A stretch of DNA of 64,000 bases from Eledone cirrhosa (taxonomy: Eukaryota): contig OZ024759.1 in the NCBI GenBank assembly GCA_964016885.1, forward strand, positions 31,310,001-31,374,000, in the 5' to 3' direction. Below the pieces are notes generated by a model. That model saw only the letters and a list, made by a program, of their open reading frames with translations. It had not been told where the DNA came from and searched no databases. The position numbers were made by a program, and so were the translations under genes. Shown one piece after another: positions 48,770-64,000 of the stretch (within the stretch, counting starts at the first letter, position 1; the number at the start of each line of letters is the position of its first letter).

Positions 48770-49344
48770 ATATATATATATACAGAATGAGGAACATGTG
48801 AAGTTGTAGATGTTAAAAAGGCCTTTATACATAAAGCTGTGATACATATTTCAATGACGATCTTGGTTACTTGTTGTATAACCATTACCGTGATCTCATC
48901 AGACACCAACTCCAAGTAAAAAGATTAGGTTTCCGGAGCAATGCAAGATGCGAGGGACATTGGCTGACTGAATGCGCCCGCGTTTTTTTTTCTCATGTCC
49001 CCGTTCCTTCCCATATCACTCTTTACATTCTATTTATTTTCTATTTATAACTCTATCTTCTGATAAAGGATTAATGTCCGAGATCTTTAAGACTCTCTTC
49101 CTACTATTTCAAGCGTTAAACTAATATATTTCTTCTATGTACTGTGCTGTTTGTTTTGTTATTTTTATTGTTTCTGTTTACCTTTTACATACACACACAC
49201 ACACACACATCTATCTATCTATCTATCTATCTATCTATATATATATATATATATATAGATATAGAGATATATATGTATATACCAAACTCGTCCCAAGGAC
49301 TGAGTGGTCTACTACTACAGATATATAACCCTCCAATGTTCTAC

Positions 49345-49408
<64 letters not shown>

Positions 49409-50348
49409 TGGCTGCCAACTCGTTTTCGAGTACGGCCACTACTTTATATCCATGTAGGAGAACCCCTACCGATGCGCTGAACGAATGTGACTTTTTAGTC
49501 CAGCCAGCCACTTCAAAAATCTGGTACAAACACTACACTTGTGACAATTATTGGCACATAGTGCTGGGCCCATGGTACCATGTGACGACAAGTGCAGAGA
49601 GATCTCCAGATATAAAGCAATGCCTGTGCCGTGAAGCTTTTATAGTGAGCAAAGGCACTGCACAAAGCCAGTCCCACTCTCTTAACCAAGATGACATTTA
49701 CCAAAAAGAAGAACAAGTCAACATCATTGGATACCATCAGGGTTGCATATATTATAAATTGTGCGCTGATGCCAACAAAGTATATATATACAACGCTTCA
49801 GTATGTTGGAACTTTCAATTTCTAAAAGAAGTACGATTAATGATATGGATTGTAAGAGGTATTTCAACTGAAAGGAAATGACTTCCGATGGGATTCCAAT
49901 CTGCTTATCAGACTCAACGACGAAGAACAATAAACTTTTTGATGAATGATGAATAGCTATCTCCAAGAATATAAAATCATTATTGATTACCTTCTACAGA
50001 TCTCCCTCGACAATCCTTACGTGAGAAGAGAACAAACTGAATTGTTTGACATCATAGTTATTTTAGTAATACTTTATGACGAATGGCTGAAAGACGTCGG
50101 TTTCAACGTGTGAGATCATAAATGTGCGATTGCTTTCTGTAAAAGTCTTAGACGTGAATATCGTATATGTAGCGTTTTTCACGCTCACAGCTGCATGTTG
50201 AAGGAGTGTTGCGGTATGGAGGGGCTGTTTGGAAGGTACACGTGCACACCGACACACCCATTTGAGCACAGGAAGAAGGGGAGACAATGGTATAGACACA
50301 CACATATATACATATACATATAACCACTGTTTTCTTTTTCAAATATAC

Positions 50349-50496
<148 letters not shown>

Positions 50497-50524
50497 GGAT
50501 TTTAGTCTTCAAATTTATTATTAT

Positions 50525-50624
<100 letters not shown>

Positions 50625-51748
50625 GGAATATAAATGCCTTGAACTTTTAATTTTTGGTCTGTAAGCATATATATATATATATATATATAACGAGGGAAAT
50701 GTGGTAAGGAACCAGGTGGACCATAACGCACCAAAGTACTCAATACTTAGGGTAGTAGATTGGGTAATAGGAACAGTATCGTCTTCCTGTCTTCCTCCGG
50801 TTGCAACGTTTTTTGAAATATTCACTTCTGCGTTCACAGATTGATTTTGTTAGTTTCAGAAGCTCCCGTTAAGGGTGAAAGCAGCGATTCTATTGCTTAA
50901 ACTTTAATATGTTATTTAAATAAATATTTGCTCTACGGTTCTTATATATTTTGATATATATTTATCCTTATCGAGCCCTCTTTGGATTTTAGTCTTCACA
51001 TTTATTATTATTACTATATATATATATATATATATATATGTCCCAAGGCTATGATACCATCAACACCATAAACACAGAGCTGGCATATCTAAGATCTGAC
51101 TAACTGCCTGATGAGGTCATAGCCATTCAATGGCAGGAAAAAAAATATATATAGCAGTAAATAAAGGATTATGAGTTCATGCAATTGACTTAGGTTTCGT
51201 CACTATATATATATATATATATATATTTATAAAAACATGAGAAGAAAGACGAATACTGCGTGGTTTGCACATGGGTTACATATGATAAAAATAGTCCTTC
51301 GTCAGTGATTTTCCAACCATCATTGGTATTTCATATCATTAAAAATCAGATACCTCAGGTTGGTGCGAGCAATAACTAAAAAAAGTTATTGGAACCAGAA
51401 TTCGCGTAAGGCGAGGGGGACAAGTAAACAACATAGAAGGATAAAAGCAAACAAATATATATATATATATATTATGGCTGTCATGAGTTTTGTTATTCTG
51501 TAGTTTCACCTGCTAACTCACATATAATCTTCAGGCAATGTTCCTGTGTGTTGACAGGTGAGAGGCCAGAGTAACAAGACTCACTACTTAGCCATAAAAT
51601 ATGAATATTTAAACTGTACTTCTCTCGTTCCTTAACTACATATGGATATATATATAGAGAGAGAGAATGAAGGAGAGAAAGAGAGAGAGAGAGAGTAAAG
51701 GAAGGAAAGAGAAAGCGCGGGAGAGGGCGACGAGTGAGAAAGAGAAAG

Positions 51749-51796
<48 letters not shown>

Positions 51797-51805
51797 CATA
51801 CATAC

Positions 51806-51867
<62 letters not shown>

Positions 51868-51935
51868 ATACATACATACATATACATATATATATATATA
51901 TATACATACATACATATATATGTATATATATATAC

Positions 51936-52498
51936 ATGGTGGCTGCCAACTCGTTTTCGAGTACGGCCACTACTTTATATCCATGTAGGAGAACCCCTAC
52001 CGATACGCTGAACGAGTGTGACTTTTTAGTCTAGCCAGCGACTTGAAAACTCTGGTACAAACACTACACTTGTGACAATTATTGACACATAGTGCTGGGC
52101 CCATGGTACCATGTGACGACAAGTGCAGAGAGATCTCCAGATATAAAGCAATGCCTGTGCCGTGAAGCTTTTATAGTGAGCAAAGGCACTGCACAAAGCC
52201 AGTCCCACTCTCTTAACCAAGATGATATTTACCAAAAAGAAGAACAAGTCAACATCATTGGATACCATCAGGGTTGCAGGTGTTATATCAGAGTTTTCCT
52301 TCTCCTAGAATTCTGCCTTGACAAAGGCTAAGGGGTCATCTCTCCCGGTGATTTTGGATGGCCATTGACTCTTAAGAGCTCCTTTGCCCTTTGACAGGTT
52401 TTGTTTTTAGTCCAGCAGGATGTCCAAAGTCACCCTCCTCACCAAGAAACCTTGGTGGGGTTGCCAGTTTAGTCGCCAACGACCCGACCATGAGACCA
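51936..52498 (-). mobile_element. ~560-bp non-autonomous retroelement with RTE-like 5'UTR motif; 5'-truncated copies at 1078-1481 (+) and 49404-49746 (-)
   Basis: Three near-identical copies share one end (..gcagccaccat) joined to (TA)n. Contains ctaggagaaggaaaactctga, a motif I recall from RTE/BovB-type 5'UTRs (not verified). Confidence 0.6.
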
Positions 52499-52503
52499 TA
52501 TAT

Positions 52504-52572
<69 letters not shown>

Positions 52573-52644
52573 GTGGTTAAGTATGAAATTGGTAGAAATT
52601 TGTAGAAAAAGAAAAAATGTCTACAAATTTCCTACTTGACGACG

Positions 52645-52700
<56 letters not shown>

Positions 52701-53419
52701 GATATATTTCAGAGAGAGATAATTGAAGTGTGATAAATAAAGAGAAAAACAGCGAAGGGGTGGAGGGGGGGGGCAGAAAGCAGAAAGGGTCTGGAGAAAC
52801 ATCTTAAGAGATTATCAACATGGGAGAATAATATAGGAAGCTAATGATTTGAATAACGCGTTTATTGATTTCTAAAACCAATTTACGTTGAGATCTAAGA
52901 CGTTTTTATAGCAGCGTTGATCTCCAACAATGGCAACACCCTACCTCATATAAAGTTATTTAAAACACTTTCGTCCATATTAATATGTTAATATTTGTTC
53001 TACATAGCAGATATTCGTCAAATTTTTGTATAAATTCATACAATCATTTTCTTTGCCTCGTTAACTCCTAAACTTTGTAAACTATTTATGGCTTTTCCCA
53101 ATCTTTTTACTGGTTATTTGTTGCCACTGTTCTTTTTGTTGAGTGTCCGTCTCAAACTTATGTTAGTAGAGAATGTTTTTCATGTTTTACAGCTATCAAT
53201 ATACGTCTTGTAATGTATAGTGATATAACTCATTTATACTTTTTGTGTTGCTTCCTTTCTTTGAGTTTATCTAAACCCATCGTTTCGTTTTGATTCATTT
53301 TTTTGTGTGAGGTTTGTTTTTGTTTTTAATCAATCGACAAGATCTCAGTCGGGCCTCATTCGCTTACAGAGTGATGTGGAATTTGTCAAATTGGACCATT
53401 GCTGATACTATTATTATCC

Positions 53420-53606
53420 GGATTGGCAGTATCGTTAGAGAGCCGGATACCATGCTTTGCAGCATAGAATTACGGGCCTTTACGATATGAGTTCAAATTC
53501 CGCTGAGGTTAACTTTGCCTTTCATCCTTACAAGGTCGATAAAATAAAGTACCAGTAATGCACTGGGATAATTGCTGGCCTTGTGCCAAAAATAGAAACA
53601 ATTATT
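53420..53606 (+). mobile_element. SINE family 1
   Basis: Same head, core and tail as 32935. Confidence 0.8.
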
Positions 53607-54345
53607 ATCTACCGGTTGCAAATACTTCCAGAAGTATCAATGTTAAATAAAGTGTCTTGCTGAAAGACATAACGCATCTCCCGGTCCGAGAATTGAACTC
53701 GCAACCTCATGTTTCTATTTTCCTAATTTAATTTTTCGATATCAACGTGTTTTAAAATGTTTTTAAATGTTTTTAAATGTTTTTAAATGTTTTAAAATGT
53801 GAAAGACTCTATTTACAAAATATGTTTATATCAATTAGTCTATTTTTCATTATCAGTTGTTGCGTTTGTATCTGGGTTTTTTTTTTAATTGTCATGTTTT
53901 CTGAATGACATTTTTTTTTTTAATGTGTAGTTTGTTCAAAGGTTTTGGTTTTTGTTCTGATTTATTTGGTCTCTTTTGGTTTTGTTTTGTTTTGAGGAGG
54001 TTTTTTTTATCGAATTACTTGAGTAACTAACTGGTGCCACTATGCTTTTGTGACCATTATGTCTCATCTCTGCTATCGAAGTAGAAGCAGAGGAAGCCAT
54101 CTTTGATAACTAATAAAGAGATATGTGTAAAAATATAAAATATACAATATAAAAAAATATAAACTTTCCAGAACAATCTCTGTTTCCGCTTCAGGGAAAA
54201 CGTGGTAGACAATCAAATATCCCGAAGCCTGCTCCTGGCAAGATATTAAAGAAAAGAAAAATTTCTTTCATCAAATACATTTTAAAATCCAAATGTTCGC
54301 TGTGTTACCACGAAGCCATTATTTATGGGTCAGCAAATATTTAAA

Positions 54346-54770
54346 ATAATTGTTTCTACTTTTGGCACAAGGCCAACAATTATCCCCACTGCATTACTGG
54401 TGCTTTTATTTTTATCGACCGCGTAAGGATGAAAGGCAAAGCTAACCTCCGCGGGATTTGAACTCAGAACGTAAAGAGCCATAACTCTATGCTACAAATC
54501 ATAGTGTTTGACGCTCTACCGATACTGTCAATCTAATATAGACACAAGTCCAACAAATTGAGGGAGAAGGTGGAACAGTTTATAACACTGACACCAGTAC
54601 ATCACTGGAACTTTATTTTGTTGAGGTCGGATGGCGAAGAAGCGAAAATATTCTCAGCGGGAGTAGTGTATTACTTGTACTTTATTTTATCGACCCCTAT
54701 AAGGATGAAAGGCAAAGCTAATCTCGGCGGGATTTGAACTCAGAACATAAAGGGACATGAATCTATGCCG
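54346..54770 (-). mobile_element. Cluster of SINE family 1 copies
   Basis: Same diagnostic motifs as the other family 1 copies. Confidence 0.75.
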
Positions 54771-55221
54771 TCTATAACAACACGAACAATAACATTGTTC
54801 TTGGCTATTTATGCGAAAAAAAATTGATAATTACCAATACTGGTTGTTGTTTTTTTAATTGTTAAGGTTCTTTAATGATCTGGAGAAGAGATGGGTTAGC
54901 TAGGTTTTTACTCTTAAAATGATCTACACAAGCCGCATCAACGCCCTTACGACTCCTTCAGCAGTTACAGGTCCATATATACAAAGTTTTATAATATATT
55001 ATTTGAAATAAAGAATTCGATATCCACATTAGTGGCAGAGTTATGTCTAACAGTAATTAGGTCCCCAAAGATCAACGACTGTAATCAGCGAGTTGGCGTA
55101 TAAATATTAAATATTTTGTTAGTGTTAGTTTCATATATGTTATTTAAAACGTCTGTCTCGATAGCACCAGGCAAATAACTACATAGTGCTTTCTGATTTA
55201 TGGATGTATAAGGTACCTTCA

Positions 55222-55620
55222 CTCTGCTGCTTCTTCTTCTTCTTCTTCTTCGCCCACTTATTCCTGAGAGGGTCCTGGGAGCAGAGCCCTCAAACACTCC
55301 TTCCAGTGGGTCCTCTCAGAATCTAGTCCTCAACTGATCCGGCTGGGTCCTCAAGCGAAACTAGCCGACTGATATGTATATTATCCAACTATCTTACTCA
55401 GGATTTACCCCTGGGTCTCGTGCTGATTGGTTTTGCCCGTAAAATCTGTCCAGCGATTCTTTCCTGAGACAGTTTAACCTCATGTCGTCTGTCTGTAAGA
55501 TCGGGACTGTTATTTCTCATTTCGGAGAACTAACCGCTCTACCAGGAGCGGCTCTTTGATTTCCGAGCTGCACACACCAGCGAAAAATGCAGGATGCTTG
55601 AAAGAAAGAGGGATGCATCA
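55222..55620 (-). mobile_element. Decayed RTE/Expander-type LINE 3' end; shorter copy at 56200-56297
   Basis: revcomp encodes ..RAKPISTRPRGKS..ERTHWKECLRALLPGPSQE with stops; (GAA)n tail. Confidence 0.6.
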
Positions 55621-56306
55621 TAACTAGGCTCTCAACTCAAGATTAATTACATCAGAAATCGCCCGTGTCAGCTATTCTTTCGGTTATATCTTCTATCCTA
55701 CTATCTATCCTAGTTGCTCTTAAGTAATATTCAATAAGCTTAAAACGCATAAATATACGTTTACAAATTGGAAATTCGCACGCATACTAGCTCTTCCAAT
55801 GTTTACGTATTAACTTTGTAAATAAATATCATTACGTCGGAAATTGCTAAAGATTAAATAACACAGTTTCACAGAAATCATGGGAAGTTCTAAGAAAATT
55901 GATATTAAAATTCGGTTTTGTTTCTTGGATATTGTTTCTGAGGAAGCAATGAATGTCACATAAGCAAACCCATTCTTCCGACATATTGGCAAAAAGAAAA
56001 AATGAAGAACGGGCTTAACATTATTTGAATTCTGCCTGTTCTATATTGCCGAATCATTTTACAGAGGATTTGAACAACGTAAATTTAGTGGAATTCTTCT
56101 ACAGTTAAATCTATTTTATTATTTTCAATCATTTGACTGCTGCCATGCTGGGGTACTTCCTTCATTTAGTCTATCAAATCAACACTCCCTTTATATATTC
56201 TGCTTCTTCTTCGCCCTCATATTCCTGAGTGAGACGTGAGGGGCAGAGTCCTCAAACACTTCTTCCAGCGGGTCCTGTCAGAAGCCACCGTCTCCAACTA
56301 TATATT

Positions 56307-56470
<164 letters not shown>

Positions 56471-56704
56471 GGTGGCCGACTGAATACGCAAACTTTTCTC
56501 ATTTTCCCCATTCCTTCCCCTCATCACTTTTTACTTTCTATTTATCATCTATTTCTAACTCTATCATCTGATAAAGGGCTAATGTCCGAAACGTTAAGAT
56601 TCTCTTCCTGCTATTTCAAGCGTTAAACTAATATATTTCTTCCATGTACCGTGCCGTTTGTTTTTGTTACTTTTGTTATTACTTTTACATGCGCACTCAC
56701 ACAC

Positions 56705-56914
<210 letters not shown>

Positions 56915-57157
56915 AAAGAAAGTGTGGTAAGAAACCAGGTGGACCATAATGCACCAGAGTACTCGATACTTAGGGTAGTAGAGTGGGTAATAGGAAAAGA
57001 GTCAGGACCCCGACGGCTGAGCTCCGGCCGTTTCGTTAGTTTGGATCTAGCTGTCGAAACGGCCGGAACTCAGCCGTCGGGGTCCTGACTCTTTTCCTAT
57101 ATATATATGCATATATATATATATATATATGCATATATATATATATATATATATATA

Positions 57158-57237
<80 letters not shown>

Positions 57238-57258
57238 TATATATATATATATATATAT

Positions 57259-57386
<128 letters not shown>

Positions 57387-57550
57387 CTTCAAAAAATATT
57401 AATAAATATAGACATTCATGTGATCAAATATATTTTATTATACATATTTCAAAGATACTGAGCTATTTCAACAGTACGTCCTCATCAGATAAAATAAGTT
57501 GATGCTTGACATACCTTGACTATGTTGATGGTTATAATTTAGTCATGGCA

Positions 57551-57611
<61 letters not shown>

Positions 57612-57615
57612 GGCA

Positions 57616-57662
<47 letters not shown>

Positions 57663-58216
57663 GGCAGCCAAAAGACATATACACCGTAAGAGACAAAACC
57701 GCTAACTTTATTGACATATTTCAAAATGGCAGCAATCTGAAGACAGTCTCAGATATACCAACATAGATGAAGGGTGAAGTATGTCCCGTGTTTGTTTTCC
57801 TGGCCTGATGGGATGATGGGATATGGCGAGACGTTGCTCGCGCGCGCGTGTGTGTGTGTGTGTGTGCATATGTGTGTGTGTGTGTACATGTACATTTGTG
57901 TGTGAGTGTATGTGTACGTGTGTGTGTTTGGGTGTTTGGGTGCCAAATATTTACTGAAATGAAGAAATATTACTCAACAGAATAATAACGAACCCATCTT
58001 GTTCTAATTTTGACACCAGCTCAATCCTGTGTCACTCGAAATGAAACAAGATAAGAACTTGTCCGAAATAACTTCAGTAATTTTCAGTATTTAGATAAAT
58101 CTTAAAGCTGGTACATTGTGCTTCACATAGCGCTCGTTGTTTCCATTTACAGAGTAAATAGTTTGAAAAAGAAAGCTAAAATGTGTACCGGTTCACAAAT
58201 AGATGTGAATATTTGG

Positions 58217-58318
<102 letters not shown>

Positions 58319-58560
58319 GATATTAAACAAATGGAAACTATATTTATAAAACCATATTTATTTCGTTATATATATTTCTGGGATATCATATTAAAAATAT
58401 GGTATGCCTTCCTCAGACAAAATACAATACATAAGCTGTTTTATAAATAATTAGTGACATACCTTGTAATAATGCAACTTCCATTTAAAAAGTTGATTAA
58501 ATGGAAGTTGCATTATTACAAGGTATGTCACTAATTATTTATAAAACAGCTTATGTATTG

Positions 58561-58626
58561 TATTTTGTCTGAGGAAGGCATACCATATTTTTAATATGAT
58601 ATCCCAGAAATATATATAACGAAATA
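58561..58626 (+). ncRNA. Type I hammerhead ribozyme (family A variant); mirror copy on - strand at ~58359-58424
   Basis: tattttgt-CTGAGGA-...catatt/aatatg...-GAAA-tatata-TA-acgaaata; stem I has a compensatory G-C pair where the 63138 copy has A-U. Confidence 0.8.
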
Positions 58627-58756
58627 AATATGGTTTTATAAATATAGTTTCCATTTGTTTAATATCGTAAACCTACTCCAGAAACTGTTGAGTGCTTTTA
58701 TATCAGTTATAAAATATTTACTCGTTGTAACCCAACAATCTTTTAAATAAAACTTT

Positions 58757-58872
<116 letters not shown>

Positions 58873-59192
58873 CCTGTACGTGTTTGTTGATGTAGCTAGT
58901 TTGAAAAGAACCGTTTCTGTGTGTAATGGAAGTTGCTACTCACGTAATTGGCATCCTTTCATTGCAAAGTACAATGGGATTTCTATTGATAATTGAAATA
59001 GGGGATTGAAATAGGACAAATGAAAACTATAGATACATACCATCGAATTATCTGTTTCCGTCCACAGGAGGATCAATGGGGGGGGAGCGGAAGGAGGAGG
59101 AGGAGAAGAAGAAGAAGAAGAAGAAGAAGAAGAAGAAGAAGAAGAAGAAGAAGAAGAAGAAGAAGAAGAAGAAGAAGAAGAAGAAGAAGAAG

Positions 59193-59283
<91 letters not shown>

Positions 59284-59487
59284 GCAGCAACAGCAACAGC
59301 AACAACAACAGCAACAGCAACAACAACAGCAGCAACAACAATGGCCTACACACATACGTACATACAATAACTATATTATTGGTTTATTTGTTAAATATAA
59401 CTGTCACGTGCTAATACCATATTGATCAGGAACAATAGCACAGAGGGAAATGTAACAACAACAACAACAACCAATACAATAATAATA

Positions 59488-59790
59488 ATAATTGTTTCTA
59501 CTATTGGCACAAGGCCAACAATTAACCAGTGCATTACTGGTACTTTATTTAATCGACCCCCGTAAGGATGAAAGGCAAAGTTAACCTCGGCGGGATTTGA
59601 ACCCGGAATGGCAAGGGCCGTAACTCTATGCGTCAAAGCATGGCGTCCGGCTCTCTACCGATACTGCCAATCCACCGCCCAATACAATAATAATAATGGC
59701 TTCTATATTTGGCACAAGGCCAGCATTAGTGGTACTTTATTTTATCGACCCCTTAAGGATGAATGGCAAAGCTAACCTCAGAACGTAATG
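59488..59790 (-). mobile_element. Two SINE family 1 copies
   Basis: Full-length copy at 59488-59680 plus a partial copy; further partial copies at 648-751 and 61315-61436. Confidence 0.8.
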
Positions 59791-59870
59791 GGCCGTGCCT
59801 ACCACTTTCCTCGGTATGTATACTCTTCCTTTAAACCATATGTTGTTAATTATCTGTGTATCCCACTTCC

Positions 59871-59983
<113 letters not shown>

Positions 59984-60038
59984 ATATATATATTAATTTA
60001 TTAAAATAACAGATTAAAGTTTAAGCAAGGAATCGCTG

Positions 60039-60106
<68 letters not shown>

Positions 60107-60231
60107 GCTGCATCCCCAACCGAGATCAGCCAATATGTGTGTGTGTGTGTGTGTGACTCTATGTGTCTATGTGTCTGTGTGTGTGTCGTGTGTCTGTGTA
60201 TATATGGGTGTGTTTGTGTGTATCTGTGAGC

Positions 60232-60283
<52 letters not shown>

Positions 60284-60417
60284 ATTATTATTATTATTAG
60301 TAGTAGTAGTATTATTATTATTATTATTACACTTGAGGAGGGTCATATTGCTATAATATTGCCAGAAATAATAACAGAACACACTCACTGTTTGATTTTG
60401 GTTGGTTTTCGCTTCTG

Positions 60418-60546
<129 letters not shown>

Positions 60547-62375
60547 ATATATATACATACATGTGCGTGTGTGTTTTTCCTCAAACATGACACCGCACCA
60601 ATCATGAAACGAAGTATCATATGCTGGATATATGTGCAAAACTATGTTTAAATATGAAGAAAGCAAGATTGTTAATTTAGTGAAGTGTTTAACATTCACT
60701 ATGGAAATTTGAAGTCATACGATACAACTTTGTATTCTTTATTAGCAAAGATCACTCAAATAAATCCATTTGCTAACTTTATTTATTAGCTTAAGTGAAA
60801 TTATAAATTTTGTGTAGAGCTTTCAGATAAAATAAGCAAGCAAATGGTTATAAGCGAAGTTCTTTGAAAGTAATGGTCCTTTATCTCTCCACGAGAAACG
60901 GGTTCTCATAAACTGATATTTAAATTTCAGTTTTTATATTGTGGTTAATTGTCCTGATCTCAGTAATTGACTGCTACTTTATTTTATCGATCTAAGAAGG
61001 ATGAAAGTTGAAGTTATTCCTAGTGGGACTTGACCACCGAAAGAAAAGAGAAGAGCGGGAACTAATACTGCTGATTCGGGATCTAATACTACTGATTCAT
61101 TTTAAAAGAAATGGAAAACTCATTGTTAGAACAGCTGATAAAATAACTAAATGCTGTCAATGACATCGATGGGCAAAAATGCCTCGGCTGACAGAGACCA
61201 GCGGGCTGTGGTCGGCAGAGCGACGATCCATGAGGTGGGTGACAGGCAGAATAAGTATAGAAAATATTGAGAGAGGAGAAGGACAATGAGACGTGTGTTG
61301 GCGCATAGCTGTGCATAATTGTTTCTACTTTTGGCATAAGGCCAGAAATTATCTCAGTGCATTACTGGTACTTTATTTTATCGACTCTGTAAGGATGAAA
61401 GGCAAAGTTAACCTCGGCGGGATTCGAATTCAGACCGTTTCGTCCGATACCCTAACGACTCCAGGCCATCCACTAGCCTTATAACTCAATATAAACATAA
61501 TTACATCTTCAAGAAGATACCCCACATTCATTCATCTTTGGTGGACATAGTCTTGGCCAGGAGACATTGATATTCTCAGACAATGTTCGAGGTTCGTTGG
61601 CTGTTTCGACCTTCAGCCGTAACACCCCCTCGCTGGCGGGTCAGAACTGGTAACCAAATTACTGCCCATCTTCGTCGCCTCCTGGTTTCCAGCTTATCTC
61701 CTTCACACCTGCTCCAAAACCGACAAAAGGCCCCCATTCAGCTGCCTCGCCCATCCTGCAGACTGCAGCCTACGTCTCTCTTCCTGAATCACCGAAAACC
61801 TCATTTAATTAAATAAATTCATAGACGCTTATCTTATAAGTGAACGACGAATATATGTCAATATTTAAACAAGCGACTGGTACACATTAAGACCTTTATC
61901 TGTTAAGTGGAGGATTAATTTGAGGACAGGTGTCTTATACCTAACTTTAATGAAATAACGAAGTGTCAATAAAATGAAGTGTATAACGATCCGGTCTCCA
62001 TTACATCTTTTATTTCGATCCACGACAACGCTTTGTTGACATGTATCGTAAGGTTTGCCGTAATAAATGTTTATATCTAAACTGAGATAATAGGAACAGT
62101 TTTTTTAGATCAAAGTTTCCTAGATAATATCTGTCACAACAGACTGATAAAACTCGAATACAAATACTTCATTAATTAAATTGCTTGCACAGCTTGGAGG
62201 GGGAAAAAACAGCCCCAAAAAGAAACAAAACAATAGAAAACGAAGTCAGTTTCTCCGGGCCGCCATCTTGTGGGTTTGTATTAGTGACTGCTGTTAATGA
62301 AGTATACGTGTTGCATACTAATGATAATTCATCACATTAATACGTCAATACTAATGCTATATATATACATATATA

Positions 62376-62519
<144 letters not shown>

Positions 62520-62621
62520 TATATGTATGTCTATACATAGATATTCATATATATATATATATATATATACATATATACATATAGCCATATATACACATAT
62601 ACACATATATGTATATATTTT

Positions 62622-62657
<36 letters not shown>

Positions 62658-62848
62658 GAGAGAGAGATATATATGTACACTCACATATATATATATTCAT
62701 ATATTCATACACATACACACTATATATATATATGAATAAATAAATATATATATACATATATGTGTGTGTCTGTGTGTGTGTAGACATATGTACACACACA
62801 TATATATGTATATATTCATATATTCATACACACACACATTATATATGA

Positions 62849-63581
<733 letters not shown>

Positions 63582-63750
63582 ATGATATTAATAAATGGAA
63601 ACTATATTTATAAAACCATATTTATTCTATTATATATATTTCAAGGGTACGCATATATATATGCGAAAAGTAAGCAGAAAACAACAAAGCAAACAATACA
63701 GTACAAGGAAGAAATATATTAGTTTAACGCTTGATATAGTAAGAAAAGAC

Positions 63751-63786
63751 TATCAACGTTTCGGACACTAGTCCTTCATCAGAAGA
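63751..63786 (-). ncRNA. Minimal hammerhead (family D); other copies at 6519-6554, 16965-17000, 49056-49092 and 56564-56598 (all +)
   Basis: family consensus tctt-CTGATGA-a-ggac tagt gtcc-GAAAC-GTT-aaga; loopless palindromic stem III ACGT, extra A after A9; the 3' strand of stem I is imperfect in this copy. Confidence 0.8.
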
Positions 63787-64000
63787 TAAAAGAAGAAATA
63801 AAAGAAGGGAGATCACTACTACTAATACCACTACTACTAGTAGTACTATTGATACTACTATTACTAATCTACCGTTTGATACTGGCGTGTTTAGTTCCCA
63901 TACCAAGCTCTTTCTCGCTGCTATCAGGGCGGTGTTGGCCATCTCCGATTGAATGTACCCCGAGAGTTGGAATGGATCGCCCACACTATACAGCGGGGTA

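Noticed and set aside
61500-61805. GC-richer segment with a 77-aa ORF; likewise the 49760-50100 ORF-like remnant and 63870-64000
   Set aside because: No recognisable protein motif; cannot be classified from sequence alone
62250-62275. gccgccatctt YY1-like motif; also ETS-like ccggaagt at 9181
   Set aside because: Isolated short motifs with no supporting gene structure

Overview
AT-rich eukaryotic (animal) intergenic or intronic DNA, saturated with (TA)n, (CA)n, (GA)n, (GATA)n and triplet microsatellites. The SINE repertoire and microsatellite load suggest a cephalopod such as Octopus (inference). No intact host gene can be supported, and almost all ORF-track entries are microsatellite translations. 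Recognisable TEs are two tRNA-derived SINE families, 3' fragments of RTE and Tx1/L1-type LINEs, a decayed Tc1/mariner (DD37D/maT-like) transposase, Tc1-like and hAT-like MITEs, and several minisatellites. The main signal is that many short unique segments embedded in the (TA)n tracts fold, by manual reading, into type I hammerhead ribozymes (stem I - CUGANGA - stem II - GAAA - stem III - UH - stem I'). I count roughly 30 intact or decayed motifs in about 10 sequence families. Many lie in asymmetric fold-back (inverted) cassettes with two recurrent outer ends and a shared downstream TYGAGYRCT box. This fits non-autonomous Penelope-like/retrozyme-like retroelements that target (TA)n, and includes several non-canonical catalytic cores and a long conserved stem II insert. 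All structures were derived by eye; none has been computed or tested.
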